Notes: generated by a model not told the origin, from the sequence alone. Shown: positions 1 through 12,880, counted from the stretch's first letter. The stretch: DNA of 64,000 nt from Eledone cirrhosa (GCA_964016885.1 OZ024743.1:219046001-219110000), one strand, 5' to 3'. Translations and numbers: made by a program.

Positions 1-194
1 CCCAGGCAGATTTGGCTTTCTTGGCATAAATTCACACACAAAACTATGAAATCAGCAGAAATATATAAATGTGAGGGCGTCATCGTCGTGATATAAACAC
101 AAACAAACATATATATATATATGTATGTATGTGTGTGTACACATACATATATATATATATAGACATATATATATATATATATATATAAAAATAG

Positions 195-275
<81 letters not shown>

Positions 276-362
276 GAAAAATTTGAACAGGGACAGAACA
301 GAGAGGCAGTACAATAAATGTTTATTAAATTCACGCTCAGGAGAGTGGGGGGTAGGTGGGGG

Positions 363-395
363 ACGACGTTTCGGGCATAAGCCCTTCCTCAGGTG
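363..395 (-). ncRNA. Minimal type I hammerhead ribozyme motif
   Basis: ac-CUGAGGA-a-GGGC(uuau)GCCC-GAAAC-GUC-gu; stem I is very short. Confidence 0.6.
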
Positions 396-707
396 AGAAG
401 TGTGTGGGAACAGAGTTCAAAAGGTGTGTAGGGGAGTGGTGGAGAGACATATAGCGAAAGGAAACGGTGCGAAGGAAAAATTAACAAATAAAGACAAAAA
501 ATATAAAAAATATAAATAAAGCATGATCAAAATACAAGGAATGAGAAAATTAAAAAATAAAGGCATGATCAAAATAAACTGAAATTAAAAGGGGGGTAAA
601 CAGGTGGTGGAAGGGTGTGGGGTGTATGGGGGTGGTGGCGGGTGGAGTGGGGGAGAGGGAGACGGGGTGTCCGAGCGGGGAGGGCTGAAGGTGGTGTGTG
701 TGTGTAG

Positions 708-780
<73 letters not shown>

Positions 781-1399
781 TGAGGGTTGGGGGAAGAACG
801 GGGTTGCATGTTCAGGAAGAGGTGTGTGGGGGGGGGGGGGGGTCGGAGTGTCTGTGCGCGTGTGGATAGGGGGGTGGGACGAGAGGAATCAGGAGGCTGA
901 GGGTGTAAATATGTGGTGGGAAGCACGTGTGTGTGGGGTTTAAGCGTGTTGTGGGTGTGGGTGGCGTGTGGAGAAAAAAATGTTGTGGGTGTGTGTGTGG
1001 GTGAGTTATATAGGTGATGACGTAAGAGGATGGTTGAAAAGTTGGTAAGTTCCAAGGATGTTTGGAGATTTGGTTATAAGTCAATTTCTGCGTGTGGGTA
1101 ATCCATGAAGCGGTGGTAGACATATATATATGTATATATATATATATAGGAAGGGCACAAGCTACATAGTTATTCTGTCAGCATAAGCTGGGTGAATATA
1201 TGAGCGCGTAGAAAAAAGACACTTCTTATCAATAACTGCATTTTTTCTTTCCAGGGACTATGTTGAAAAATAAACCTCATCTGGTCATTCCATGAGAGTA
1301 TCTTGGTCATTTCGTGAGAGTATCTCGTATTTCCAAAGCACACAAAAGCAGACGTGTGATTGGAAGTAAGTTTGATTTTTATCTATAGATACATATGTT

Positions 1400-1456
<57 letters not shown>

Positions 1457-2109
1457 GTATATATATATATTTATGTTTCCCCCATGGACTCAACTCCCCT
1501 CCCCAATTTCTTTAATATTACACTTGTACGTTCGTGATTACTTCTCTACCCTTTGCCCCGTCACGTTTATCCCGCCCGTTATCACACCCGCGCTTGTACA
1601 TTCACCCCTAGATTCCTATGGCTCTCTTATGGTCAGAAACATATACTCTTACAGTTAATACAGACCAACTAAATACGCACACACATCTCTACTTTTTCCC
1701 TTCACAGCTCTGTATACACACACACACACACACACACCCTTATATTAACATACTTTTGCTCCCAGCTTCGTACTTACAAGCACACACACATACTCTTTTA
1801 CTTACATATACACACACATATCTTCTTAGCTTCGTACGGACGTTCATTAACACAAACACACACGCGCGCGCGCGTATACAGACACACGCGCGCACACGTA
1901 CAGTTCTATATTCAAAATGTTTTTTTTTTTATTTCAGGTAGATGCACTCCATCATCCACTTTTCTAAAAGAAATATATCATACACAAAACGCCAGCATCA
2001 GCAGTTTTCCAAGAGATGTCAACATGAATGGACCTGTTATTTTTCTCTAAAAACATTTGCACCGATTTCGCCCTGACCGCCCCTTCAATCTTTCTAATTT
2101 CTCATTATT

Positions 2110-2145
2110 TCTTCTGATGAAGGATTAGCGTCCGAAACGTTAAGA
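2110..2145 (+). ncRNA. Minimal type I hammerhead ribozyme motif
   Basis: UCUU-CUGAUGA-a-GGA(uuagcg)UCC-GAAACGUU-AAGA; palindromic stem III, stem I UCUU/AAGA. Confidence 0.7.
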
Positions 2146-2252
2146 CCCTCTTCCTGCTATTTCAAGCGTTAAACTAATATATTTCTTCCATATACTGCAC
2201 CGATTGTGTTGTTATTTCTGTTTTCCTTTTACATATATATATATATATATGT

Positions 2253-2318
<66 letters not shown>

Positions 2319-2319
2319 A

Positions 2320-3153
2320 AATATTAGAATATCTGGCCTCTCCGCCAACAAAGATATTTTTAACGCATCTGCCTCCTACTACAATGACGCCCTCGCCCGC
2401 AGCGGATTTAAAGAAAAGATAACCTACCTAGAAACCACCGCAAGATTGCAGAGGAGGAATAGACATAGGCAGATTAGCTGGTACAACCCTCCCTTCAATA
2501 GTCTCTACGCCGATAGCTAGGATTTTCTTCACTTTGCTGAAATTACACTTCCCCATACAACATAGGTACCACACCATCTTTAATAAGAACACAATAAGTC
2601 TCTCCTACTCCACCACACCTAACCTAGCTAGGAATATAGCCAACCACAATTCTAAAAAATTAAATAAGCCAACCACCTCCGAACCCAATCCCCGGACTGG
2701 GGCTCTGTGTAATTGTCTAAATAAGGAAGCATGCCCACTTGAAAACAAATGCCTCACAAATGATATCGTATACAAATGCGATGTCATCTCAGGCACCGAT
2801 GATTGCAAAAAAACTTACATCGGCATGACCTCCAACAACTTTAAGACCCGTTGGTATGCCCATACCCACTCCTTCAGAAGACCGGACAAATCAAACCAGA
2901 CAACACTCGCCTCCTATGTTTGGGACCTCAAAAGGAACTCCACCCCTTCACGCTTAAATGGAAAATACTCCAGAAAGCGCGCTCTTACAACGGAGGACAC
3001 AAGGGCTGCGACCTTTGTATCTCAGAGAGCTACGAAATATTATTCGCCAAGGGCCCGCTACAGAACAAACTCTCTGAACACTGCCCGAACTGCATGCACA
3101 AGAACTTTGCAACTTTCAAATACTTTAAGCCAGTGTTAAAGCCCGATGGCTAA
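2320..3153 (+). mobile_element. Penelope-like element fragment (post-RT linker + GIY-YIG endonuclease), frameshifted
   Basis: ISWYNPPFN, KHFP..HRYHTIFNKNTISLSYS, CNC..KEACPLENKCL..DIVYKC..YIGMT..FKTRWYAH..SF, LKWKIL..CDLCISE; starts after (TA)n. Confidence 0.9.
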
Positions 3154-3289
3154 AAACGACCTCCTCCTATTGGCCCCTATACCTCCTTCCCACCCTACCC
3201 CCACCCCTCCTCAACCTGAAATACGGCTACTATGGTTATGTGAGTACCTCTTACCTATCTGCATTTTCTGCCTGTAGAGCTGTTTTTAT

Positions 3290-3411
3290 GTGCCTGTGTA
3301 TATGCGTATATTTATTGAGTACTTATTTATTTGTATGTGTATATATTTGTGTGTATGTGTGTATATGTATGTGTATGTATATGTAAGTGTATGTATGTGT
3401 ATGTGTACACA

Positions 3412-3502
<91 letters not shown>

Positions 3503-3541
3503 ATATATATGTATGTGTGTGTATGTGTGTGTGTGTGTGTT

Positions 3542-3631
<90 letters not shown>

Positions 3632-3722
3632 GGTATGTGGGTGTGTGTGTGTGTATATATTTGTGTGTATGTGTTTGTGTGGTTCTCTCTCTGTGTGTGT
3701 ATTTATTTATTTATTTATTATT

Positions 3723-3765
<43 letters not shown>

Positions 3766-3814
3766 GTGTATATGTGTATATATATGAATATATATATATA
3801 TGTGTGTGTGTGTG

Positions 3815-3863
<49 letters not shown>

Positions 3864-3892
3864 GTATATATGTGTATATGTGTGTGTGTATG

Positions 3893-3945
<53 letters not shown>
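3290..3945. repeat. Compound (TA)n/(TG)n microsatellite (similar blocks at 110-272, 5590-5770, 8292-8810, 9548-9990, 10260-10425, 11610-12140, 12673-13085)
   Basis: Direct inspection; source of the YI/CV/TH low-complexity ORFs. Confidence 0.98.
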
Positions 3946-3949
<4 letters not shown>

Positions 3950-4004
3950 GTGAGGTTTTTTTTACAAAATGAAAAATAACCGAGGTGTCCTACACGAGTG
4001 AAAG

Positions 4005-4294
4005 TATAAAGAAAACGAGATGAAATCGAAAATGCAACTGGAGTCTTATTTTTTTTTAAATATATATATTGATTTGGTTCCTTTACCGGTTTCGCAGTTC
4101 TTCAGCTTTTCAAAAGGTGAGTTGAGATGGAGGGTCTGTGGCTTTTCTCAGATGTGAGAAAAACCACAGACCCTCCATCTCAACTCACCTTTTGAAAAGC
4201 AGAAGAACTGCGAAGCCGGTAAAGGAACCAAATAAATATATATATTTTTTTTTAAAATAAGACTCCAGTTGCATTTTCGATTTCATCTCTTTTT

Positions 4295-4300
<6 letters not shown>
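4005..4300. repeat. ~145-bp-arm palindrome carrying a U3:A8-variant hammerhead motif in each arm
   Basis: Arms are reverse complements around ~4152; CCUU-UUGAAAA-GCAG(aagaa)CUGC-GAAR-CCGG-UA-AAGG at 4188-4225 (+) and 4080-4117 (-). Confidence 0.75.
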
Positions 4301-4335
<35 letters not shown>

Positions 4336-4416
4336 TATAAGCAGAACAAGCAAAATTCAACCAATTTTTTAAAATAAATTAAAAAATATAATTTAAATAT
4401 TTACCTATTCATATGG

Positions 4417-4494
4417 CTCTTACCGATCGGTTTCGCCTTGTAAAACACCAGAGACCCAATGGATTTCTAATGGAAAATCAAGGCTCATCAGAGA
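4417..4494 (-). ncRNA. Type I hammerhead ribozyme (inverted copy)
   Basis: Reverse complement of 4738-4814. Confidence 0.8.
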
Positions 4495-4737
4495 AGCATT
4501 TTACCCACGGGCTTACTAATTTCTTCTATCACCCTCCATTTGTTGAGAACAATCATGTTGATTCTATTTAGCTGCTATTTTTAGTAACGAGATAGACAAC
4601 ACGTCTATGTTTTTCCCGCTTTAACCTCGGGTAGTTCACGTACAGGTCATTTTTCGGCCTTTTGGATCTGTGCTAGCTGGCAGATAACAATATATTTTAT
4701 CGTTCCTGGGTCTTTAGCCCTAGGAAAGGAAAATGCT

Positions 4738-4814
4738 TCTCTGATGAGCCTTGATTTTCCATTAGAAATCCATTGGGTCTCTGGTGTTTTACAAGGCGAA
4801 ACCGATCGGTAAGA
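4738..4814 (+). ncRNA. Type I hammerhead ribozyme (tandem copy 1)
   Basis: UCU-CUGAUGA-GCCUUG...CAAGGC-GAAA-CCGAUCGG-UA|AGA; predicted cleavage after 4811. Confidence 0.85.
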
Positions 4815-5218
4815 GCCATATGAATAGGTAAATATTTAAATTATATTTTTTAATTTATTTTAAAAAATTGGTTGAATTTTGCTTGTTCTGCTTATATTAA
4901 TATTATAGTTCTGGTATGTCAAATTGATACCATAGAACAACCTTAAATCATAGACAACCTATGTATTTCCAGGGGTACTTAGTACCCACGGGCTTACTAA
5001 TTTCTTCTATCACCCTCCATTTGTTGAGAACAATCATGTTGATTCTATTTAGCTGCTATTTTTAGTAACGAGATAGACAACACGTCTATGTTTTTCCCGC
5101 TTTAACCTCGGGTAGTTCACGTACAGGTCATTTTTCGGCCTTTTGGATCTGTGCTAGCTGGCAGATAACAATATATTTTATCGTTCCTGGGTCTTTAGCC
5201 CTAGGAAAGGAAAATGCT

Positions 5219-5295
5219 TCTCTGATGAGCCTTGATTTTCCATTAGAAATCCATTGGGTCTCTGGTGTTTTACAAGGCGAAACCGATCGGTAAGA
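5219..5295 (+). ncRNA. Type I hammerhead ribozyme (tandem copy 2)
   Basis: Same sequence as 4738-4814; predicted cleavage after 5292. Confidence 0.85.
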
Positions 5296-5485
5296 GCCAT
5301 ATGAATAGGTAAATATTTAAATTATATTTTTTAATTTATTTTAAAAAATTGGTTGAATTTTGCTTGTTCTGCTTATATTAATATTATAGTTCTGGTATGT
5401 CAAATTGATACCATAGAACAACCTTAAATCATAGACAACCTATGTATTTCCAGGGGTACTTAGTACCCACGGGCTTACTAATTTC

Positions 5486-5522
<37 letters not shown>

Positions 5523-5591
5523 CAAATAACGAAACGAAATTAAATTTCGTTTCGTTTTTTTTTTTTTTTTTTTTTTTATTTTAACTTAACT

Positions 5592-5624
<33 letters not shown>

Positions 5625-5653
5625 GTGTATATATGTGTGTGTGTATGTATGTA

Positions 5654-5696
<43 letters not shown>

Positions 5697-5771
5697 GTGT
5701 GTGTATTTGTATGTGTATATGTATATATGTGTATATATATGTATGTATATGTGTATGTGTATATGTATATA

Positions 5772-8290
5772 TCTATATATATAAAGGGAAGATGGACATT
5801 GTTTGGTGTTCCGAACTTGCATGCTACACCGTTCATCCAATTTTCATGAAACCTCATACATATATAAAACTCAACGCGTAGAGTGGAATAGACTACTTGA
5901 AATTTTCGAAAAATCGATAATCGGGCCCTATGACAATGTTTTTCGATTCCAATGAAATGTTATGTGAATTCGAACACAAGAACTCTTAGTTTACATCTGG
6001 CGCAATAAAAATAAATTTCATATGCCCATATAAGGACGTGCGTTATTGATTGGACGACCAGCTGCATGTCTTCCCAGCTGTCTCAGTAATCGACCGACCA
6101 TTAAAGAGTTTATCTTTTCATATTCCACCTTATTCAAGTGGAAATACAGTATTATCCCTATCTGAAAAGCGAACCAAATTTAATGGTGTCTTTTGTGATG
6201 CTAAAAGCTGTGAGTAAATTTTCAAACAGTCTTAAATAATCATGCTTTTTGAAAAAAAAAATTACTAAATAATACGTTGACCAAGTTGTATTGTACACAT
6301 ACAAAGTTGTAAAAAATGTTACGTCCGTACCAATGTTTTCCTTTTTTAAACAAAAGATTCTAAAAAATTACTTAATTTATAATACAGTCTTTTGCCCAGG
6401 AAGTGAGTAACTTTTCGGGTGTTTAAACGTAAGTTCACCAGGGTTTGTGTCTTCATTATTAGCCCACCTCTAATGGCATTTTTTGTTCTGTATACGACTA
6501 AATGCTATGAGCGTATTTGCAATTAATTGCGCACACGTGCACACCTGCATGCAGATAGACACTGACAGCCAATAAAAAATCGATAACTTGCTTATTAAGA
6601 TATCGGTCAAAAAGAGAGATTGAATGTACTTTAGAACATTTTTTGAATATATTGTTCTTTTTGGCATGATATGTCAGAAATATAGCTACTATACACTTTC
6701 GTTGTTTTTTGTAACTAAAAGACGGTTCCTTTTGGGTGGATACTTAACGAGAAAAATCCTAGGGTTTTGGACAAGTTTGTTTCAGGCGCTGTATAGACGC
6801 CTATTTTGTCACACCTTGGTCATGAATTCGTATTCTTTTCCAATAGATATTTTCCGCTCTATAAGGCTCACCAGGATATAAGGCGTATCATTTAAAATCA
6901 GGTCCGCGCAACGGCGTGTAAGGCCAACCAGGAAAATGCTATCTTCTTTACTTTTAGTCTAGATCTATTACTTCTGTTAGAGCCGTGATTGATTACCATT
7001 GTATTATTTATACATAAGGCTCACCGGAGTATAAAGCGCAGAGCTGTTTTTTGATTAAATTTAATTATTTTAAGTGCAATTTATAGACCGGAAAATTCGG
7101 TAAGTTATTGTAATCATATTTCCAAACCTTCCCATTCACCAGTAACCCTGCTAACGAATCTGGTGTCATCTCTCTTTGTATTTAATCACCTCTCTCTAAC
7201 CTAACAGCTTCGTTACACGTCGTTATGCCCACGCGGAAACGTTCAAGACTTACCTCCAAAAAAGGTACAGCTACTGCTTTGAGACAACAAATTAGGCGTT
7301 CTCAGGTATGAGTTCATTCACAATTGATTAATCCTTTATGCAATATTCTCCCTTAATGTTAGCAAGTACTGCGTTTATCCTAACTGTCACCACTTTTAAG
7401 CAACTACAACATTCTAATCGTAGTTATATTAAATTTATTGTCTTACTTTGATTCCCTTTTGTTCATGTTAGACTTTTCTCATTTACTATTGACACTGCCA
7501 TTGGCTTAGCTAACCAGTAGAATTAATTAATTTTCTCTAGGAAACACCTGCTGAGCGCGAATCTCGACTCGCTGATAGACGTCTTTCCCGGCTGGTTGAG
7601 TCACCAACATCACGTACGACAAGGCTTGCTGATGTTCGCCTTCGTCTCCAACAAGCGCTGACGGAGGAATCACCAACATCCCGTCAGACGAGGCTTGAGG
7701 CTGTGGCAAAGGGCAATAACCCGAGATACAATTTTGATCAACTTTGTTTCACCTATAGCAAATTTACCGGGACAGGTTTTTAGCTACTCAAATCTACTTC
7801 AGAGATCACGCATTGATGTCAAAAATCAATAAAACTGAAGCGGGGCTCGACTTTGCGCAAAAAAACAAGGCAAAGTTACACATGGGAAAACTTTTTACAG
7901 GAACGTCCTATACTCTTGAAAACTGTCACAAAAGACTCGCCATTATGCCGCGGTTAAGATAAAGGCCCTTTTAATTCTTCTTCTGCACATGTGAGCGCAA
8001 AAATTGTAAAAAAAAAAAAAAACCCTGAAAGTAATCGACATTTTCACCCTACTTTAAATTAACTGAACATTCAATATCAAGCGATTTTGACTTCCGTCAG
8101 TCGTGCAGAGAACAATTTCAACGATGCACTGTGTAACTACAATTAATAAATTACACACCTGTGTCTACTAACTTATTTTTTTTCATTGAAGTTCGAAGTT
8201 TTGAACCTGTGATGCGCGGGAAGTAACTTTCACACATTCTAACAGACCAAAGGTCGACTTATACCCGGGAAACGCCGGGTACTTCTGCTA

Positions 8291-8291
<1 letters not shown>
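5772..8291 (+). mobile_element. Non-autonomous Helitron
   Basis: 5' A|TCTATATATATAAAG; 3' hairpin ACCCGG-gaaacg-CCGGGT (8263-8280) followed by CTAG|T; internal STPR-repeat exons; 5' end less certain than 3' end. Confidence 0.8.
7225..7783 (+). CDS. Two-exon STPR-repeat ORF (107 aa) inside the Helitron; truncated RepHel N-terminus
   Basis: 7225-7305 (MPTRKRSRLTSKKG...RRSQ|gtatga) + 7541-7783 (ttttctctag|ETPAERESRLAD..ESPTSRTTRLADVRLRLQQALTE ESPTSRQTRLEAV...*). Confidence 0.55.
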
Positions 8292-8329
<38 letters not shown>

Positions 8330-8339
8330 TATATATATA

Positions 8340-8380
<41 letters not shown>

Positions 8381-8600
8381 GTGTGTGTGTGTATGTATAT
8401 GTATGTATATATATATATGTGTGTATATGTATATATATATATATATATGTGTGTATATATGTATATATGTATATATGTGTGTATATATGTATGTGTATGT
8501 GTATGTGTGTATATGTGTGTGTATATGTGTGTATATATATTTGTGTGTATATATGTGTGTATATGTGTATATATGTATGTTTATGTATGTGTGTATGTGT

Positions 8601-8779
<179 letters not shown>

Positions 8780-8809
8780 GAGTGTATATGTGTATATGTA
8801 GGTGTATGT

Positions 8810-9542
8810 ATGTATGTGTGTAAAACTAGAAATGTAGTATATAGCATAAGATGTACTGAAGGACAATGTAGAGAAAAAAATATAGTGTACATAGGTGAGA
8901 CAGCTCGTAGTGTAAGGGAACGGATAAATGAACACTGGCGAGACCTTCAAGATAGTAAAGAATCATCTGTACTCTACCAACATGTTAAAATAGGACATAC
9001 GGGTAAATTAGAGAACATAGAAATAAAAATAGAATCTACACATAGAAAAGACGCAATGTTTAGACAAATCACAGGCAATAAACATAAAAGAATTACAACC
9101 AAAATTAAATAGATAATATGAGTGGAACAGCAACATCACAACTTACAATTAAGGACAAAATGAAAACACACACGCACATAGAACAAACAACCAACCGGTA
9201 ACATGTAAATAAACAAATAAATAAACGAATATAAACACACACAGACACCCGGCTGTGGCGCATGCGCAGACTGAGCACACAACACACACACAGAAACAAA
9301 ATGGCGTAGGAGAGAACAAAGGAGAGGCACAAAAACAAAGAAAAGAATCCCCAGTCACTGAAGAGGTCACAGAATGTGTGACGAAAGAACTTTGACAATA
9401 TACAAACAACTATCTGGTTGTGGTACCAACCAACCAACCAGAAATTTATAAATTCCTAAATATATAAATCTACTATAATAAATTGAAGTGAAAGCAACTG
9501 GTGCGTGTGTTTCTTATTGGCAACATGACCCTCCCAAAGTAT

Positions 9543-9545
<3 letters not shown>
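8810..9545 (+). mobile_element. Penelope-like element 3' fragment (GIY-YIG) with downstream pLTR and hammerhead
   Basis: [12 protein letters not shown]...[16 protein letters not shown]...SSVLYQH; hammerhead at 9354-9396; flanked by microsatellites. Confidence 0.85.
9354..9396 (+). ncRNA. Type I hammerhead ribozyme motif
   Basis: GUCA-CUGAAGA-g-GUCAC(agaaugu)GUGAC-GAAA-GAAC-UU|UGAC. Confidence 0.75.
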
Positions 9546-9636
<91 letters not shown>

Positions 9637-9884
9637 GTGTGTATATATATATATATGTATATATATGTGTGTGTGTATATGTATATGTATGTATATATAT
9701 ATATATGTGTGTATATGTATATATATATATATATGTGTGTATATATGTATATATGTGTGTATATATGTATGTGTATGTGTATGTGTATGTGTGTATATGT
9801 GTGTATATGTGTGTATATATATATTTGTGTGTATATATGTGTGTATATGTGTATATATGTATGTTTATGTATGTGTGTATGTCT

Positions 9885-9952
<68 letters not shown>

Positions 9953-10256
9953 TTATATATATATATATGTATATATGTGTGTATATAATAAATATGTGTG
10001 TAAATAATAAATCAACGGAGACGAACTGTATTAGCAATACAGTTCGTCTCTGTTGATTTATTATTTTAAATCGATATGGACAAACTGTAGTATAATAATT
10101 AGTATACTTCAATCTGGCTAAATTTTTCTTTTGCAATATATATACAGATGTGTTGGTATCTGTGTTTCATCACATACATATTAATTTATACACTGCTCAG
10201 GGGATATTTTTTCCTCATTCGAGCTGATTCCATTGTAAAAGAATTCATTACCTTAT

Positions 10257-10290
<34 letters not shown>

Positions 10291-10349
10291 ATACGTGTAT
10301 ATATATATATATGTGTTAGTGTGTGTATATATATATGTATATATGTGTA

Positions 10350-10428
<79 letters not shown>

Positions 10429-10429
10429 T

Positions 10430-11607
10430 AATACAATAACAGAGATAGTTTAAAGCTAATCTCTGACTGGTAACCATCTCACTCAACAAACATTAGGTTA
10501 TATTTTAATATAAACCCAATTTAAGTGTTTGGGGTGCTAACAATATGTATTATGTGGAAAAGCCAGTTGTATTATTTTATGAGATATAATTAAAGTTAAA
10601 ATATATCTCTCATTCCAAACAATTGTTTCATTATAAGTTTTCTACAAATTCGGAGAATATTTCCAGTTTATGTAGAAGCCTAATATACATTCATGTAAGA
10701 ATATATTTAGGTGGGCGCTTATAAATCATCAGTGGAAGCCCATTAAACTTTGATATAAGAAAAACATTTCTTACCACAGTTAAAAATCGTGTCTGTTAAG
10801 TTGCTCCTTCCCGCATCGAATGACTGGCAAATTTGAAATTCCAGCAGTTTTTGACTGAGGAAGTATTATAGCGTCACTAAGCGGGAAGGGGAGACAACTA
10901 CGATCCACGAAAGGAGGAAAAAAATAATATACACGCGGGTTAATCAGTTTTTTCGAAAACATTATCAATCCAACGTGTTAAGAACTCAATTGAAATTAAA
11001 AAAATAAATATATGCGTGTATAAATTACACACGCATATTGATATTTTCTTAGGCTAAAATCAGAGGTTGTACCTGAATAAGAAACCGCATCTCGTAATCG
11101 TAGTAAATACGGAAAGTTATGCTTTAAAGGGCAAATGGGAACGTAAATCTCCGGCCGAATTAAGAGTAAAATATAAAACACACGCGGGTTAATTAGTTAT
11201 TTCAAAACTAATATCAATTCCTCGTGTAAAGAACTCAATTAATTAAAAAAAATAAATGTATGCATGTAATTATATACATAAGCATATATATATTTTCTTA
11301 GGCTAAAAAACAGAGATGTTACAACCAATAAAAACCACAATATCGCACAACAGTAATAAATACGGAAAGTCAAATTTATAAGGTACCTGGAAATAAACAC
11401 CTCTGGCCAATCAAGAGTAAAATATTAATACAATAACAGAGATAGTTTAAAGCTAATCTCTGACTGGTAACCATCTCACTCAACAAACATTAGGTTATAT
11501 TTTAATATAAACCCAATTTAAGTGTTTGGGGTGCTAACAATATGTATTATGTGGAAAAGCCAGTTGTATTATTTTATGAGATATAATTAAAGTTAAAATA
11601 TATCTCT
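10430..11607 (-). mobile_element. Non-coding element bounded by ~180-bp direct repeats, with internal ~249-bp repeats and a hammerhead
   Basis: 10430-10610 matches 11427-11607; diverged repeats start at 10931 and 11180; (TA)n flanks. Confidence 0.7.
10613..10737 (-). ncRNA. Type I hammerhead with ~95-nt stem II domain
   Basis: UUCCA-CUGAUGA-uUUAUAAG...CUUAUAAu-GAAA-CAAUUG-UU|UGGAA. Confidence 0.72.
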
Positions 11608-11626
11608 CTCTCTATATATATATATG

Positions 11627-11706
<80 letters not shown>

Positions 11707-11719
11707 GTGTATGTGTGTA

Positions 11720-11760
<41 letters not shown>

Positions 11761-11962
11761 ATATTTGTATATATATATATATGTATGTGTGTGTATATAT
11801 GTGTGTGTGTGTATATATATATATTTATATATATATATGTATGGTGTATGTGTGTATATATATGTGTGTGTATGTGTGTATATATGTATATATGTGTATA
11901 TATGTGTGTATATATATATATGTGTGTGTGTGTATATATATATGTGTGTATGTATGTGTGTG

Positions 11963-12041
<79 letters not shown>

Positions 12042-12671
12042 ATACATATGTATATGTGTATGTGTGTGTGTTTATGGGTGCGCGCGAGTGTGTGTATACA
12101 TATGTATATGTGTATGTGTGTGTGTTTATGGGTGCGCGCGAGCGTGTGAGTGAGTGTGTTTGTGAATGTGTCTGTTGATTTTTGGCATATAGTTGAATAG
12201 TTTAAGAGAAATTTGAAGATAATTGTATGATATGCACTCAATATTTTGAATTTGTCTACAGAATTCTCTAAACCTTTGTCACTTAGTAGAACCTTAAAGA
12301 ATTTAGCTTTTAAAGAATCTCCCTTTCCTTTAAATCTATCAACCATGACTGACCCCCACTGATCTTATAGACACCAGTTAGCTAAAGAGAAACTTAATAA
12401 TAAGGAGTGGCACCCCTTCCTGAACCTGTTTATAGAATTCTTTCTGCCTTTGTTACTCTAAAAATAAAAATAAACTATAGCTTTGTAGAATTAGCTTTTA
12501 ATGAATTCCCTTTTCTATCAACCAATGACCTACACCCATCCCACTCCCCACCCTCTCCTACCACTTGAAGAGACCTATAAATACCATACTTATTTTTTGA
12601 TACCCAGATTCCTGATGATTTCTAAAGAATGAAACAGTTCTAGTCCTGTAGAATCTCATCTATATTAAAAC

Positions 12672-12704
<33 letters not shown>

Positions 12705-12748
12705 ATATATATATATATATATACACACACATACACACATATATATAT

Positions 12749-12787
<39 letters not shown>

Positions 12788-12798
12788 CATACACACAC

Positions 12799-12880
<82 letters not shown>

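Larger units (their letters stand above)
4332..5491 (+). mobile_element. Retrozyme / Penelope pLTR-like non-coding element: 481-bp tandem repeats plus inverted partial copy, each with a hammerhead
   Basis: Units start at 4502, 4983 and 5464 (partial); 4332-4501 is the reverse complement of ~4730-4900; flanked by (TA)n on both sides. Confidence 0.85.

Noticed and set aside
4502-5491. CRISPR-like repeat array
   Set aside because: Units are long identical tandem repeats without unique spacers, in a eukaryotic context.
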